The notes under the pieces were generated by a model. It searched no databases and was not told where the DNA came from. It saw only the letters and a program-made list of their open reading frames with translations. 64,000 nucleotides of DNA from Candidatus Obscuribacteraceae bacterium (GTDB taxonomy: Bacteria; Cyanobacteriota; Vampirovibrionia; Obscuribacterales; Obscuribacteraceae), in NCBI GenBank assembly GCA_044226015.1, contig JBGAHS010000006.1, forward strand, positions 480,001 to 544,000. The letters run 5' to 3'. A program made the position numbers and the translations under genes. Below, one piece after another: positions 45,108 through 55,378 of the stretch; position 1 is the stretch's first letter, and each line of letters opens with the position of its first letter.

Positions 45108-45704
45108 ATGACTGCAGGCAGAACTATCATGGCACTTTGTGTTTTATTAGCTTCATCATCCGCCTCGACGGAAGTACTGGCACAAGACTCTGTGCAAAAA
45201 ACAAAGAGTGAATCTAGCTCGAAACAAGCCTCATCGGATAATAAAAAACAAAATCAGACTAAGAACTCGATAATAGCTGACGGCTTTTACCATGTCATCA
45301 GGTTTTCAAAAAACAAGAGCGAGGTTCTGCCGGTTCACGAAGACGAAAAATTAGTCGAATACGATTATCACCTTTTACAAGAAGACGAGAGAGAGCCCGT
45401 AGAATACGAGGTGATTGAATATAAAAGCTTCGTCCCTATTATTTTGGATGGAGATCCTCAAAAGGAAAAGGACAACAAAGGTCGCCCCAATCTATTGATC
45501 AAACTTTCCGAAAGCCAGATCAAACCACTTGAGGAATTCACCAGCAAACATTTGGGAAGCCGAGTTGCAATAGTAATTGGCAATCAAATTGTGACTATGC
45601 ATAAAATCAGAGAAGCTATCACGGGTGGCAAAATTCAAATTTCCAGGTGTAGTGACCACGGCTGTGAGGTAATCTACACACAGCTGCAAAAGGACAAGAA
45701 ATAA
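45108..45704 (+). CDS. Secreted protein resembling the SecD/SecDF P1 head subdomain
   Basis: P.LLIKL......LEEFT..HLG.RVAIVI....VT...I.EAITGG.IQIS; no TM bundle. Confidence 0.65.
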   Translation: MTAGRTIMALCVLLASSSASTEVLAQDSVQKTKSESSSKQASSDNKKQNQTKNSIIADGFYHVIRFSKNKSEVLPVHEDEKLVEYDYHLLQEDEREPVEYEVIEYKSFVPIILDGDPQKEKDNKGRPNLLIKLSESQIKPLEEFTSKHLGSRVAIVIGNQIVTMHKIREAITGGKIQISRCSDHGCEVIYTQLQKDKK

Positions 45705-45730
45705 ACTGTGTCCTAGACTTGCCGAAGCAA

Positions 45731-47254
45731 CTAATTTTCTCTGGTCAGCTCGACAGGCAATTCAAAAGAGAACGTGCTGCCCATGCCGACGTCGCTATCT
45801 ATCGTGATTTTGCCACCAAGCAATCCCACATATTCTTGCGCGATGGAAAGCCCAAGTCCTGTTCCACCGTAAAGTCTTGATGTTGATTCATGCGCCTGAG
45901 AAAATGGCTTAAACAGTTTGGACTGGTTCTCAGCAGAAATGCCGATGCCCGTGTCCTTTACTGCAAATCGAATTCCATTGTTTGATAGACTGACCAGCAA
46001 TTCTACTGCACCAGTGGGAGTAAACTTACTTGCGTTGCTTAGCAAATTCAAAACCACCTGACGAAGCTTTGCAGGGTCAGAGGACATTTTGGTTGGAACG
46101 TTTTCGTCAATTTTTACGAAAAGCTCCAAGCCTTTCTCTTCGATCGACCTACGAGTTAGTGCCACCACATTCGACATCAACTCATGAGGATTAAACTCAA
46201 TAATTTCCAACACAACTCGACCAGACTCAAGCCGAGCGAAGTCGAGCATCTCATTAACCATTCCCATCAAAAGCTTTGACGACTCGAATATGGCGTCTAC
46301 TGATTGCTTCGTATCAGATTCCAGGTTGTTTTCGAGTGCAATCAGTTCACTCAAACCAACAATACTTGCAAGTGGAGTACGAATCTCGTGAGTGATGTTA
46401 GCAATGAATTGCGATTTCAATTGATTTGCTTTGATAGCTTCATCTCGCGCTAAACGTATTTCCGACTCATATCTCTTCACGTCGGTGAGGTCACGGGTTA
46501 CTTTGATGAACCCCGAGACTTCTCCTTCCGAAGTCTTTATACAGGTTATGGTCACGCTAGCCCAGAACGTGCTTCCATCTTTTCGGATTCGCCAACCTTC
46601 TTCGGTGTAGCGACCAGCCAGCGCAGCCTGCTCTAGTTCAAACTGAGGATGCTTCCGATTTCGAGACTCTTCTGTATAAAAAATCGAAAAGTGCTGCCCA
46701 AGAATTTCACTTGCAGAATAACCATTTATTCTTGCGGCACCCTGATTCCACGAGCTGATATACCCATCTCTATCTAAGAGAAAAATCGCATAGTCAGTGA
46801 CTTCATTTACCATAGTTTGAAAAGAAGCCTGGCTCTTTTCCAGTGCAGCTTCAGAAATTCGATTAATTGCGAGGAGCGAACGTCTCTCAGTGAGGTCGCG
46901 CGTTACCTTTGAGAACCCAATATGTTGATGATTTTCATCAAACATAGCAGTTATTACAACATGAGCCCAGAACTTCTCACCGTTCTTTCGCAGACGAAAG
47001 CCATCTTCTTTGTAGGAACCATTCTTTAAAGCCGTTGCCAAAATGGAGTTAGCGTGTTCCCTCTTATTGTCATTTGACTCATGAAAAACTGAGAAATGCT
47101 CGCCTAGAATTTCCTTTTCAGAATAGCCCTTGATTCGCTCAGCGCCTTTATTCCAACTCACAACATGTCCGAGTGGATCGAGTGCAAAAATGGCATAGTC
47201 GGTGACGTTTTGCACCATATGCCGAAAAAGTCTTTCGTCGGTCTTTGTATCCAT
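45731..47254 (-). CDS. Cytoplasmic PAS-PAS sensor histidine kinase
   Basis: Two PAS/PAC domains (WN.GA.RI.GY, RKDGS.FW), H-box THEIRTPL, NLLSNASKFT, DTGIG, GGTGLGL. Confidence 0.95.
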   Translation of the reverse strand: MDTKTDERLFRHMVQNVTDYAIFALDPLGHVVSWNKGAERIKGYSEKEILGEHFSVFHESNDNKREHANSILATALKNGSYKEDGFRLRKNGEKFWAHVVITAMFDENHQHIGFSKVTRDLTERRSLLAINRISEAALEKSQASFQTMVNEVTDYAIFLLDRDGYISSWNQGAARINGYSASEILGQHFSIFYTEESRNRKHPQFELEQAALAGRYTEEGWRIRKDGSTFWASVTITCIKTSEGEVSGFIKVTRDLTDVKRYESEIRLARDEAIKANQLKSQFIANITHEIRTPLASIVGLSELIALENNLESDTKQSVDAIFESSKLLMGMVNEMLDFARLESGRVVLEIIEFNPHELMSNVVALTRRSIEEKGLELFVKIDENVPTKMSSDPAKLRQVVLNLLSNASKFTPTGAVELLVSLSNNGIRFAVKDTGIGISAENQSKLFKPFSQAHESTSRLYGGTGLGLSIAQEYVGLLGGKITIDSDVGMGSTFSFELPVELTREN

Positions 47255-47440
47255 GGATCAGACAATAGTCACAATAGATTCTGGTGTTAAGAGTACCATT
47301 TTGCTCAAAAGAAATCACTGGAGTAACGCTGAAATTAAAATGTTTAGCGCTGTTTCGCTGATCCACTTTGAACTTCAACTTGGAACCAGAAGCTGAGAAT
47401 GCCGTCGAGAACGCATACAGCACCCAAGAAGGAAGAGAAT

Positions 47441-47830
47441 ATGAATAAGAAGAATTTATTAGCTGCTTTCCTCACCCTGGCGTTCTGCGGCGCATCACAA
47501 ATTGCTCCAGCAGAAGCTAGAGACGATCAAAAGGAAATGCTCAATCGAATGGCAGTTCAAATGTGGATGAATCAGCAAGCACAGCAACAATCGAATGCGT
47601 ACAATCAGCAACTCTACAATTTGAATCAACAAGCAGCAGCTGAAGCAGAATGGCAAAGACGTAATGGTTCATATCCTTACAAGGATCAATTTGGCAGAGC
47701 CTATGGACCGTACGGATATGCACCTGGCACCAACGTCTATGGTGGAAATTACAACGTGAGACGCCAGAATTACAATCTTCAGCGACGATTGAATCATATC
47801 CGCAACAACCAATATAGAAGAGGTTGGTAG
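47441..47830 (+). CDS. Secreted Gln/Asn/Tyr-rich hypothetical protein
   Basis: RBS, signal peptide ending AEA, downstream terminator. Confidence 0.7.
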   Translation: MNKKNLLAAFLTLAFCGASQIAPAEARDDQKEMLNRMAVQMWMNQQAQQQSNAYNQQLYNLNQQAAAEAEWQRRNGSYPYKDQFGRAYGPYGYAPGTNVYGGNYNVRRQNYNLQRRLNHIRNNQYRRGW

Positions 47831-47849
47831 TTAGTTAAAGTTCGATCCC

Positions 47850-47884
47850 ACAAAGAGCAGGATAGCACCCTGCTTTTTGTTTTT
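47850..47884 (+). terminator. Intrinsic terminator
   Basis: acaaagagcagg / cctgctttttgt stem followed by a T tract. Confidence 0.75.
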
Positions 47885-48300
47885 GCTGACTCAGCCACAT
47901 TTCTTACCAGTTCGAACCTCTCACGCCAAACCCGCAAAACCGGTACGCTACCGTAGTACCTTCCATACGCCGTTGCCTAGCACTTTCTAGACCTGACAAT
48001 CATTGCTTGTTAGATTCTGCTGCCGTGGAACCTTGCGATTTCAGCCAATCAAAACCATCACCTTCCAAATAGTTACTTTTGGATTTACTCACAAAAAATA
48101 ACACCAAGCAAGATTCATTTGAAGAATGTATCGATTGTCCTTAACCAATAACTACAAAAAGTGTTCGCACCGAATCGCGAGCCCTTCAACGGGGGCGCTT
48201 GCCTCTCGATTTCCTCCCGGAAACGCGCAAAGAGAATTTCCACAGAATTACAATATCGCAAATTCTATCTCTCGAATGAGGAAAAAGCTGCGAGCAAATT

Positions 48301-49185
48301 TCAGGCGGCGTGCGGCACTCTTCCAATCTCTTGATCTGCCAGAAATTTGTCCACCATCTCAGAGAGAATAGATGCAGAACTGTACTGGACATTATGCGGC
48401 GCACCTTGAACAGGTACGTATTTCACATCAACATTGAAGGCTCTTACAACCTTGTGAGTCCATTCTTCTGGAGCTATCGCATCATTACTACCCCTTACGA
48501 TGAGGGTTTTACATTGAATTTTTGGAACCTGAAAAAGAGTTCGATAGTTCACCATGATTTGAGACGTTCGAATTGCCCTCATCAAGCCCATCTCCCACAA
48601 GTCCTTCAACAAGACGAGAAACATAGTGGGATGTTCGAACAATCCATCGCAGCATAGCCGCAAAAATTGCAAGAACACATGTGGCCAACTTCGGTCACAT
48701 GTGGGTCCTATGAGAATAAGGCGCTCCACTAATTCAGGATAATTGGCAGTCAAATGGACCGCCACCTCGCATCCGTAAGAATTAGCTAGAACATACGCCC
48801 TGTCAATATTGTTCTGACGCAAAAACTCAGCCAGGATGGCAGCTTGCTCTTGCACACCTAAGGTTCGCTTCGGCTTGCAACTACCACCATGACCGACAAG
48901 GTCTGGCAGAAGCACACGGTATTTTTGACAGAGAAGCTCAGCTGTCGGAAGCATATAGCGCCTTGATACGAGTGCTCCATGAATCATCAAAATGGGCAAG
49001 CCTTGAGGATGAGAAGGCGAGGCAGCAACTGAATAAACGTCGTATCCAAAGCACTCAGTGTGAGCATCTGTGAATCCCTCAGGAATGTCTATACACCGAG
49101 GTTTCCCACGCTCGGCAGAGGTTCGAGGAACGTACGCACCTTTAACACAATTCATTTCCATGGCTTTCACCAAAACAATTTTCAC
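48301..49185 (-). CDS. Alpha/beta hydrolase
   Basis: MIHG, PDLVGHG.S, ANSYG nucleophile elbow, GSND, GAPH; start uncertain. Confidence 0.88.
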   Translation of the reverse strand: MKIVLVKAMEMNCVKGAYVPRTSAERGKPRCIDIPEGFTDAHTECFGYDVYSVAASPSHPQGLPILMIHGALVSRRYMLPTAELLCQKYRVLLPDLVGHGGSCKPKRTLGVQEQAAILAEFLRQNNIDRAYVLANSYGCEVAVHLTANYPELVERLILIGPTCDRSWPHVFLQFLRLCCDGLFEHPTMFLVLLKDLWEMGLMRAIRTSQIMVNYRTLFQVPKIQCKTLIVRGSNDAIAPEEWTHKVVRAFNVDVKYVPVQGAPHNVQYSSASILSEMVDKFLADQEIGRVPHAA

Positions 49186-49283
49186 TTACGCTGCTGTTGA
49201 TGAAATGAGTCCATTCTTTGTTCCCGCAAGAAGCCAGAAGTTTCTGAATGCTATAATGTCCATTCAAGGCAAAGCGCAAAAAC

Positions 49284-50444
49284 ATGAATCTCACCAATCA
49301 AATTTGGATAGCTGGCTTACTTGTATTTTTAGGTGTGCAAGCAATGTCGTTAGCAACGCAGGCTTCTGAGCACTCCAGAGTAGGTGTTTCAAAAACAAGT
49401 TCAAGCAGTGCTACACAATCAAGCAGCAAGAAAGAAAAAGCACTCAGATCAAAAGAAACTGATGAGTTGCCTAATCCCAAAGGCTTAGACATGGACGAAC
49501 TGAGAGTCCACCTTCGAAGCGATGGACTTACGGGTGAGATTCACGCAGCAGACCCAACGAATAGACAATTCGTTTTCACCTACAGAGACCCAGCGGATTT
49601 TTTCAACAACGTTCAAATCGGCATGGTGTCGCACAAGATAGAGGTGGTCGAGTTTTTCTCAAGAATGAAACGCCACGACATCGTGAAAATCAAAGGCGAT
49701 TTTTTTCACGTTGGCGAATTTCTACCTGAGAGTCCTCAACCTCATATTGAAGTGACTGAGATTTCCACGGTTAAGCAATACGAGCCTTCTGTTGTTGCTG
49801 AAGAAAAGTTCCACAAACAGACAGTTTTGCCAAATGAATTGAGAGTGAAAAATAGAGCAAATTTTCTTGTACATGCAATTTTGAAAAATGGTTCATTCAT
49901 GGTGCTGGAATACAAAGATAACTTTGTTTTTGTCTCAGTTCCAGATACGACGTTTACGAAGGATCTCTACAGAAACGACCGAATAGTAATGCGATACAAA
50001 ATTCAGACATTTCCAGAGAAACCCACTCATCTCGAACTTGACACTGACACTTCCGATAACAAGAAGCCAATCGAGGTTCTTGATTCCGTTCATAACCTGC
50101 ATGGAAAAATACTAACTCAAGAAGGACATCTGGTCCGATTTCCGAAAAGCCCTCAAATAAATAGAGATATATGGGCTATTGAGCAAAGAGACAACGAGGA
50201 GAACAACTCAAGAACCTTTACCCTTGTGAATTTCAGCAAACCAGGCGAGCAAAAACGCATCGATGAGAAGCTGAAAGATTGGTGGGACAGAACTGACAAG
50301 AACGCTATTCTGGATGGGCGAAATAAACTCATCAATAGAGAAATCAAAATACGGGCAAAAGGTATTATGAATGTCGTTGCACCGAACCAAGCCAATGCGC
50401 AAATGAAACTGAAAGCAAAGGACATTGTTTTGTTGAAGAACTGA
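49284..50444 (+). CDS. Secreted hypothetical protein
   Basis: 386-aa ORF with signal peptide; no recognised family. Confidence 0.7.
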   Translation: MNLTNQIWIAGLLVFLGVQAMSLATQASEHSRVGVSKTSSSSATQSSSKKEKALRSKETDELPNPKGLDMDELRVHLRSDGLTGEIHAADPTNRQFVFTYRDPADFFNNVQIGMVSHKIEVVEFFSRMKRHDIVKIKGDFFHVGEFLPESPQPHIEVTEISTVKQYEPSVVAEEKFHKQTVLPNELRVKNRANFLVHAILKNGSFMVLEYKDNFVFVSVPDTTFTKDLYRNDRIVMRYKIQTFPEKPTHLELDTDTSDNKKPIEVLDSVHNLHGKILTQEGHLVRFPKSPQINRDIWAIEQRDNEENNSRTFTLVNFSKPGEQKRIDEKLKDWWDRTDKNAILDGRNKLINREIKIRAKGIMNVVAPNQANAQMKLKAKDIVLLKN

Positions 50445-50459
50445 GGTCTGACGCAGCTG

Positions 50460-52412
50460 ATGGAATCATCTGGCTTCGAGCTACATAAATTCGAAGAGCT
50501 GCTACCGGCAGATTATCAGCTTATTGAATGCCTTGGCGAAGGGGGCTCAGGAACTGTTGTGAAGGCATTCTATTCGCCAATAAGCCAGTTCGTTGCTATA
50601 AAATTTTTTCAGAGCGCCTCGGTTGGTGGACAAGATGATGCAGAGCGTTTAAGGCGGGAAGCAAAAGCTATCGCCAAACTTGACCATCAAAATATTGTTC
50701 GTGTTCTGCACACGGGCATGGCAAAGAATGAGACCCCCTTCTTGGTCTATGAATTCATAGAGGGCAAAGATTTGCTTTCTTTCTTTCGCTCACAAAGCGA
50801 GTTAGACAAAGCAAAATTGGCCAGCGCAGTTCAACAAATTTGCGACGGTTTGGAATACGCCCATACGAAGGGAATTGTTCATCGCGATGTAAAACCAGCA
50901 AATATAGTTGTTTCAGACTGCTCAGATGACACCATCTCCGTCAAGATTTTGGATTTTGGTATTGCAAGCGTTGACAGCTCGCATGAAGGAGCAAGCACAA
51001 GCAACACAAAAACTGGAACGATAAAAGGAAGCCCCCAATACATGAGCCCCGAACAATGCAAGGGACAAAGAGTCGATAAACGCACAGATGTCTACTCTCT
51101 TTCTTGTGTCTTGTTTGAAATTCTTACGGGACAGCCAGCTTATTCTGGTGAAACACCATACGAACTCCTGTACAAACACATCGGGGCACCATTACCGGTG
51201 CCTCAAAAGTCATTTTCAGCAAGCTTAAATTCCTTTTTTGAGAGGGGACTTGCTAAGGACAGAGAAGCACGGTACGACAGTATGTCGAGCCTCTGTGCCG
51301 CATTTCTACCGTCTCTAAATACTTTGAAGAGTAAACCTAAATTCGCAGTAGATAGCCGGTTAATCCCAATAGTAGCCTTAGTCGTTTGCTCTTCAGCAAT
51401 CATACTTCTAACACCATTTTTGTCGAAGAAAAAGGTACCAGCTGATGCAATCGTCCACCCTTCAGCTCCGAAGATCAAGAAAAGTCTTTCCAATCAGGTA
51501 CACGATGAAATCAGACGGGCAGAGTCGCTTACTGTCAGAGCAAATCCCAATGAGAAACGCGATTGCATAAAGAATCTAAATGTAATCATTCAGGCGCTTG
51601 ATTCCGCCAGTGGAAGCAGAGATTACACTCCTGAGAAATTTATTTGCTATGACGTTATATCAGATCTAAACACGGAGCTTTTAGATAAGAGCGGTACCGA
51701 AGCAGCTCTTCAACAGTGCGTAGCTATATCTGACAAATGGGCGCCGGAAGGCAAAGAATGCCTGCAATCTTTCAAGGGTTACACCCTGCTTGCAAAACTC
51801 GAATGGGAAAGAGGAGACAAAGCGGCCTTTGCAAAATACGTGCAAAAAGCAGAGCGAATCTACAAAGCTATTAAGGAGCAAAAGTTTACCGGAAAAGAAT
51901 TACCATTTAATTACCACTGTATGGATATTCCAAATATGGAATGCGGACTTAGCGCGATTCAATGCTACTCGGCGCTGGAAGCGCATGAACTGGACCGTGC
52001 CGAGTTTCTAGCTAAACGCTCAATCAAAGATGCACGCACCGTATGGGGAGCAGACATAATTGATAGACCATTCATTCTGCTTACACGCGTTCATCTGGCA
52101 AAAGGTGATCGTGATGCAGCCAGAAACGAGATTATTAATACTATGAAAGCGCTTTCGTCGATGAATAGCGCATCTACTAAAGATCTGGTGGCGAAACATC
52201 TTTTCGACGCCTACGATTCAGCAAATGCATGTAATCAAGCTGAAACTTTTGTGCGCGAAAAAATAAAAGACTCAAATTTAGAGAAGCTGGTCACAAAAAC
52301 AAAAGAAGAAATTGTTCAGAACCACCGACGGCTCTTTGAACCAGGTGCGCCTACTAACGAAAACGATTTGGAAGACCTGAACCGCCTACACCGCCTGGGG
52401 ACAGTGCTTTAA
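50460..52412 (+). CDS. Hanks-type Ser/Thr protein kinase with TM helix and TPR-like C-terminus
   Basis: GEGGSG, VAIK, HRDVKPAN, DFG, GSPQYMSPEQ. Confidence 0.95.
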   Translation: MESSGFELHKFEELLPADYQLIECLGEGGSGTVVKAFYSPISQFVAIKFFQSASVGGQDDAERLRREAKAIAKLDHQNIVRVLHTGMAKNETPFLVYEFIEGKDLLSFFRSQSELDKAKLASAVQQICDGLEYAHTKGIVHRDVKPANIVVSDCSDDTISVKILDFGIASVDSSHEGASTSNTKTGTIKGSPQYMSPEQCKGQRVDKRTDVYSLSCVLFEILTGQPAYSGETPYELLYKHIGAPLPVPQKSFSASLNSFFERGLAKDREARYDSMSSLCAAFLPSLNTLKSKPKFAVDSRLIPIVALVVCSSAIILLTPFLSKKKVPADAIVHPSAPKIKKSLSNQVHDEIRRAESLTVRANPNEKRDCIKNLNVIIQALDSASGSRDYTPEKFICYDVISDLNTELLDKSGTEAALQQCVAISDKWAPEGKECLQSFKGYTLLAKLEWERGDKAAFAKYVQKAERIYKAIKEQKFTGKELPFNYHCMDIPNMECGLSAIQCYSALEAHELDRAEFLAKRSIKDARTVWGADIIDRPFILLTRVHLAKGDRDAARNEIINTMKALSSMNSASTKDLVAKHLFDAYDSANACNQAETFVREKIKDSNLEKLVTKTKEEIVQNHRRLFEPGAPTNENDLEDLNRLHRLGTVL

Positions 52413-52448
52413 CTTTCAACCTACTCCATTGAAAGACAATGGACCCAA

Positions 52449-52479
52449 CAAAAAAGCGACTTTCGAAAAAGTCGCTTCT
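52449..52479 (-). terminator. Intrinsic terminator, probably the original tRNA-Val terminator (likely bidirectional)
   Basis: aagcgacttt / aagtcgctt stem with T tract on the minus strand, just past the displaced tRNA 3' fragment. Confidence 0.75.
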
Positions 52480-52487
52480 AAAAAAGA

Positions 52488-52535
52488 TTGGGCGGTAAGA
52501 GACTCGAACTCCTAACCCCCTCGGTGTAAACGAGG
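52488..52535 (-). repeat. att site: displaced 3' fragment of tRNA-Val(UAC)
   Basis: 46/48 identity to 56693-56740; lacks the D arm and 5' acceptor strand. Confidence 0.92.
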
Positions 52536-52665
52536 AGGTATAACGAAGATTGTAGGGTTTTGGGGATTTTCTGTTGTTTTTCCAAAATGCCCATACCTTT
52601 CTCGTAAGGCTTGACTTATCTCCATTTACAGACTTTATAGATTCCTCTCGTTTTCTCTTGTTTGA

Positions 52666-52693
52666 TTTCGGGAGTAGCAGGCTAGTAGCATGT
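52666..52693 (+). repeat. 28-bp perfect direct repeat, copy 1 (putative integrase arm-type site)
   Basis: tttcgggagtagcaggctagtagcatgt, identical to 56640-56667. Confidence 0.85.
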
Positions 52694-52827
52694 AAATTCT
52701 GTGTCTGCTTTTCTATAGATGTAGGCCAGCAGGGACTGTATTGATATTAGCAGTCCTTACTTGCCCTGCAATGAGCATCAAAATGAAGCAATAGCTTGCC
52801 CTGACAAATGGAGTAAAATTCCTCAAA

Positions 52828-54072
52828 ATGCCTGCAAGATCAGCGAAGTCAATGAATTTCACGAAAACGGAGCTAGCAAAGCTGAAACCGCCAGCTACAG
52901 GTTTTTCTGTTTATCACGACACGGCTGTAGAGGGACTTGTCATTCTCGTTTATTCAACTGGGGGAAGTAGATTCTATGTTTACAAGAAGATAGAAGGGAA
53001 ACCAACTCGCATCAAAATCGGCAAATTTCCGGACATCTCCGTAGAAATTGCACGAAAGAAAGCTCAGGATCTGCTGGGGAGCATTGCCAGGGGTGAGCCG
53101 ATCAAAAAAGTGGAAAAGGAAACAGCCATTTCCCTTGAAAAATTGCTTGCTCAATATTTAGGCGAGTATGCCACGCACCATTGCAAAACATGGAAAGAAA
53201 CACGAGCCAACTTCACACGCTACTTTTCTGATTGGCTTGAGCGACCAGTTGATACCATCAGCCATAACGAAGTGCAGCAACGGATCAATGATCTCGGTGG
53301 CGAGCGAGGGGCACCACACTTCAAATCGTGCTTTTGATGATTTGCGCGCAGTGCTTTCTTGGGGCAAGAAACATGGATATGTCTTATGCGAAAGCCCCTG
53401 CACAAGTGTGACTAAATTCCAGACACAATCTAGAGAGCGCTTTCTTCGTCCAGACGAATTCGAAAAGTTTTTTGCAACACTTAAAATATCGACTTTCGAG
53501 ACTACGTTTACCTCAGTTTGTTTACTGGCGCAAGACAGGCGAACGTATTGTCAATGCGCTGGGACGAGATCAATTTTGAACTAAGACTTTGGCGAATTCC
53601 AATTACAAAGAACAAAGAATCACAGACCCTGCCACTAACGAATCTAGCTTTTCAGGTATTGGAGAATCGCAAACAAAATAATAAATCTGATGAATGGGTA
53701 TTTCCTAGTGACGGTATCACTGGACATTTAGTCGAACCCAAAAAGGCCTGGCAAAAATTCTTAGTAAGAAGCGGCCTTCAAGACTTGCGTTTGCACGATC
53801 TAAGGCGCTCACTTGGTTCTTACATGGCAATGAACAATCAATCTCTGCAAATAATCGGAAAAGTTCTCGGCCACAAATCACACGCCGCTACTCAGATATA
53901 CTCACGATTGGCATTTGATCCGTTACGACAAGCAATGGAATCAGCCCAAGCAACAATTGTCACTGGGCAGGAAATGCTGCTGCCGGAAAGTTTCGCAAAA
54001 ACAAAGAAATCAACAAGCAAGACACCTAAAGACAAGAAAACAAAAAGAATGAAGTATGAATATACAATCTAG
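52828..54072 (+). pseudogene. P4-like tyrosine integrase with arm-binding domain, split by two frameshifts
   Basis: N-terminal D...GL....RIKIG.FP.ISVE.AR arm domain; catalytic TGAR, TKN, HDLRR, LGH, TQIY; frame changes near GGGG 53308-11 and AAAA 53483-86. Confidence 0.9.
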
Positions 54073-54481
54073 ACAGGATTTTCTCGCGTGGATAACTGAG
54101 CGAAATTATTTCGAAGAAATCTTCTTTGCAAATATTCAGCCCATGCCCACACTGCCAAACACTGGACAGGTTCCTGAACGAGTATCCTTTGACATTGGCA
54201 TCCCCACTACAATTGATTGGACAGCAGGAGAAAAAACACTCTTTATTTTTCAGAGAGTTCTTGCAAGCGGAATTACTGAATGGTCGTCATCTGATATCGA
54301 CTTCGAGCCAGATCCAATTTACGCTGATCGGCCAATTGAAAAGGACAAAATTCAGAAGAATCGTCATGACGTTGAAATAGTTCTTCATTCTATGTCCACT
54401 GGCAAGGAACGAATTATCAGTGCAGACTGGCCTGCGGGAGCAGTTGATGAAATACTCATTCACAAGAAAAAAGCCAAATGA
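54056..54481 (+). CDS. Hypothetical island cargo protein
   Basis: 141-aa ORF overlapping the integrase end; no recognised motif. Confidence 0.5.
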   Translation: MNIQSRQDFLAWITERNYFEEIFFANIQPMPTLPNTGQVPERVSFDIGIPTTIDWTAGEKTLFIFQRVLASGITEWSSSDIDFEPDPIYADRPIEKDKIQKNRHDVEIVLHSMSTGKERIISADWPAGAVDEILIHKKKAK

Positions 54482-54585
54482 GGGATCGTTGAGAAGAAAG
54501 AGAAATCTGGCTCAATCAACGGGCAAATTAAATAAAGGTGGAGTCACGTTACTCCTATTGAATCGTTCGTAGAGTAACAGCACAG

Positions 54586-55233
54586 ATGCATGCATTCATT
54601 GATGAATCAGGAACGCTTCAAGATCAGGAGATAATGACTGTGGCGCTTGTCGTGCTTGACGGCGCCAGATCGGCGGAAAAGTTGCATTTGAAGGCATCAA
54701 AAGTCATCTTCACTCCGCCAAAAACGAAAGGGTTAAAAGAAAGAGAGAAGTGGTTTGCGTCACGCACACTGCACTTTGCAGAAATGAACGATGATCAAAA
54801 ACTGGCGCTGGGAAGCGAACTTGGCAGGGCAAACATCGCATCTGTCATTGCAAGTCACTGGCACACAGAGGCGAGCGCTACCCACGAACATAGATTTGCA
54901 GTGTATTCAAAACTGGTAGAGATGACAATTCTAAGAGCATTTGAGTTCTACAAACAATTAAACATTGCAATAGCCAAGCAAGGCGGCTGGCAAGTTTACG
55001 GTCCACCATTTTTGGAACAATTGCGCAAACTGCCAGGTCAGTACAAATACAACACGGGACAGTACAGAGAGGCTGATATTTACTTAGCTTCTAGCGCCAA
55101 TCATGGTATTCAATTGGCTGATTTCTTCGCAAGCTCCTGCAGAAATTATTTGCTTTCAAAATCAGCTAACAGACTTGCTGAACCCTATGAGCGAGTGCAG
55201 CATTTGGTCGTCCAACTGGATGAATATAAGTAA
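54586..55233 (+). CDS. DUF3800 domain protein (RNase H-like fold, putative nuclease)
   Basis: N-terminal AFIDESG, central LHF.EM, C-terminal S....GIQLADFFA, which are the DUF3800 signature motifs. Confidence 0.85.
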   Translation: MHAFIDESGTLQDQEIMTVALVVLDGARSAEKLHLKASKVIFTPPKTKGLKEREKWFASRTLHFAEMNDDQKLALGSELGRANIASVIASHWHTEASATHEHRFAVYSKLVEMTILRAFEFYKQLNIAIAKQGGWQVYGPPFLEQLRKLPGQYKYNTGQYREADIYLASSANHGIQLADFFASSCRNYLLSKSANRLAEPYERVQHLVVQLDEYK

Positions 55234-55237
55234 ATGC

Positions 55238-55272
55238 AAAAAAAGAGGGGCAAGACCGAAATCTTCCCCCTC
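55238..55272 (-). terminator. Intrinsic terminator of the putative ncRNA
   Basis: gagggg-g-aagat-ttcg-gtctt-g-cccctc followed by T7 on the minus strand. Confidence 0.85.
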
Positions 55273-55378
55273 CCAAGACTTTGTATTTGCTCTGCCTGCT
55301 CTTCTCCAGAGGTTTCCCTCCGAGGGGCCTCGCTATTCCGCGACGCGGCAGACCAAGGCTTACAATACTGGTTTTGTA
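55238..55378 (-). ncRNA. Putative structured ncRNA convergent with the DUF3800 gene (DUF3800-associated RNA-motif-like)
   Basis: Minus strand: extended -10 TGCTATGAT (55392-55384); closing helix ttg-g-tctgcc / ggcaga-g-caa enclosing hairpins tcgc-ggaata-gcga and cggagg-GAAA-cctctg; ends in a terminator. Confidence 0.65.

Noticed and set aside
52488..52535. Second tRNA-Val gene
   Set aside because: Only the 3' portion is present, with no D arm or 5' acceptor strand; it is an att remnant.
55280..55365. Hammerhead or other self-cleaving ribozyme, or tRNA, for the structured RNA
   Set aside because: No CUGAUGA/GAAA core arrangement, no TTCGA T loop and no cloverleaf.
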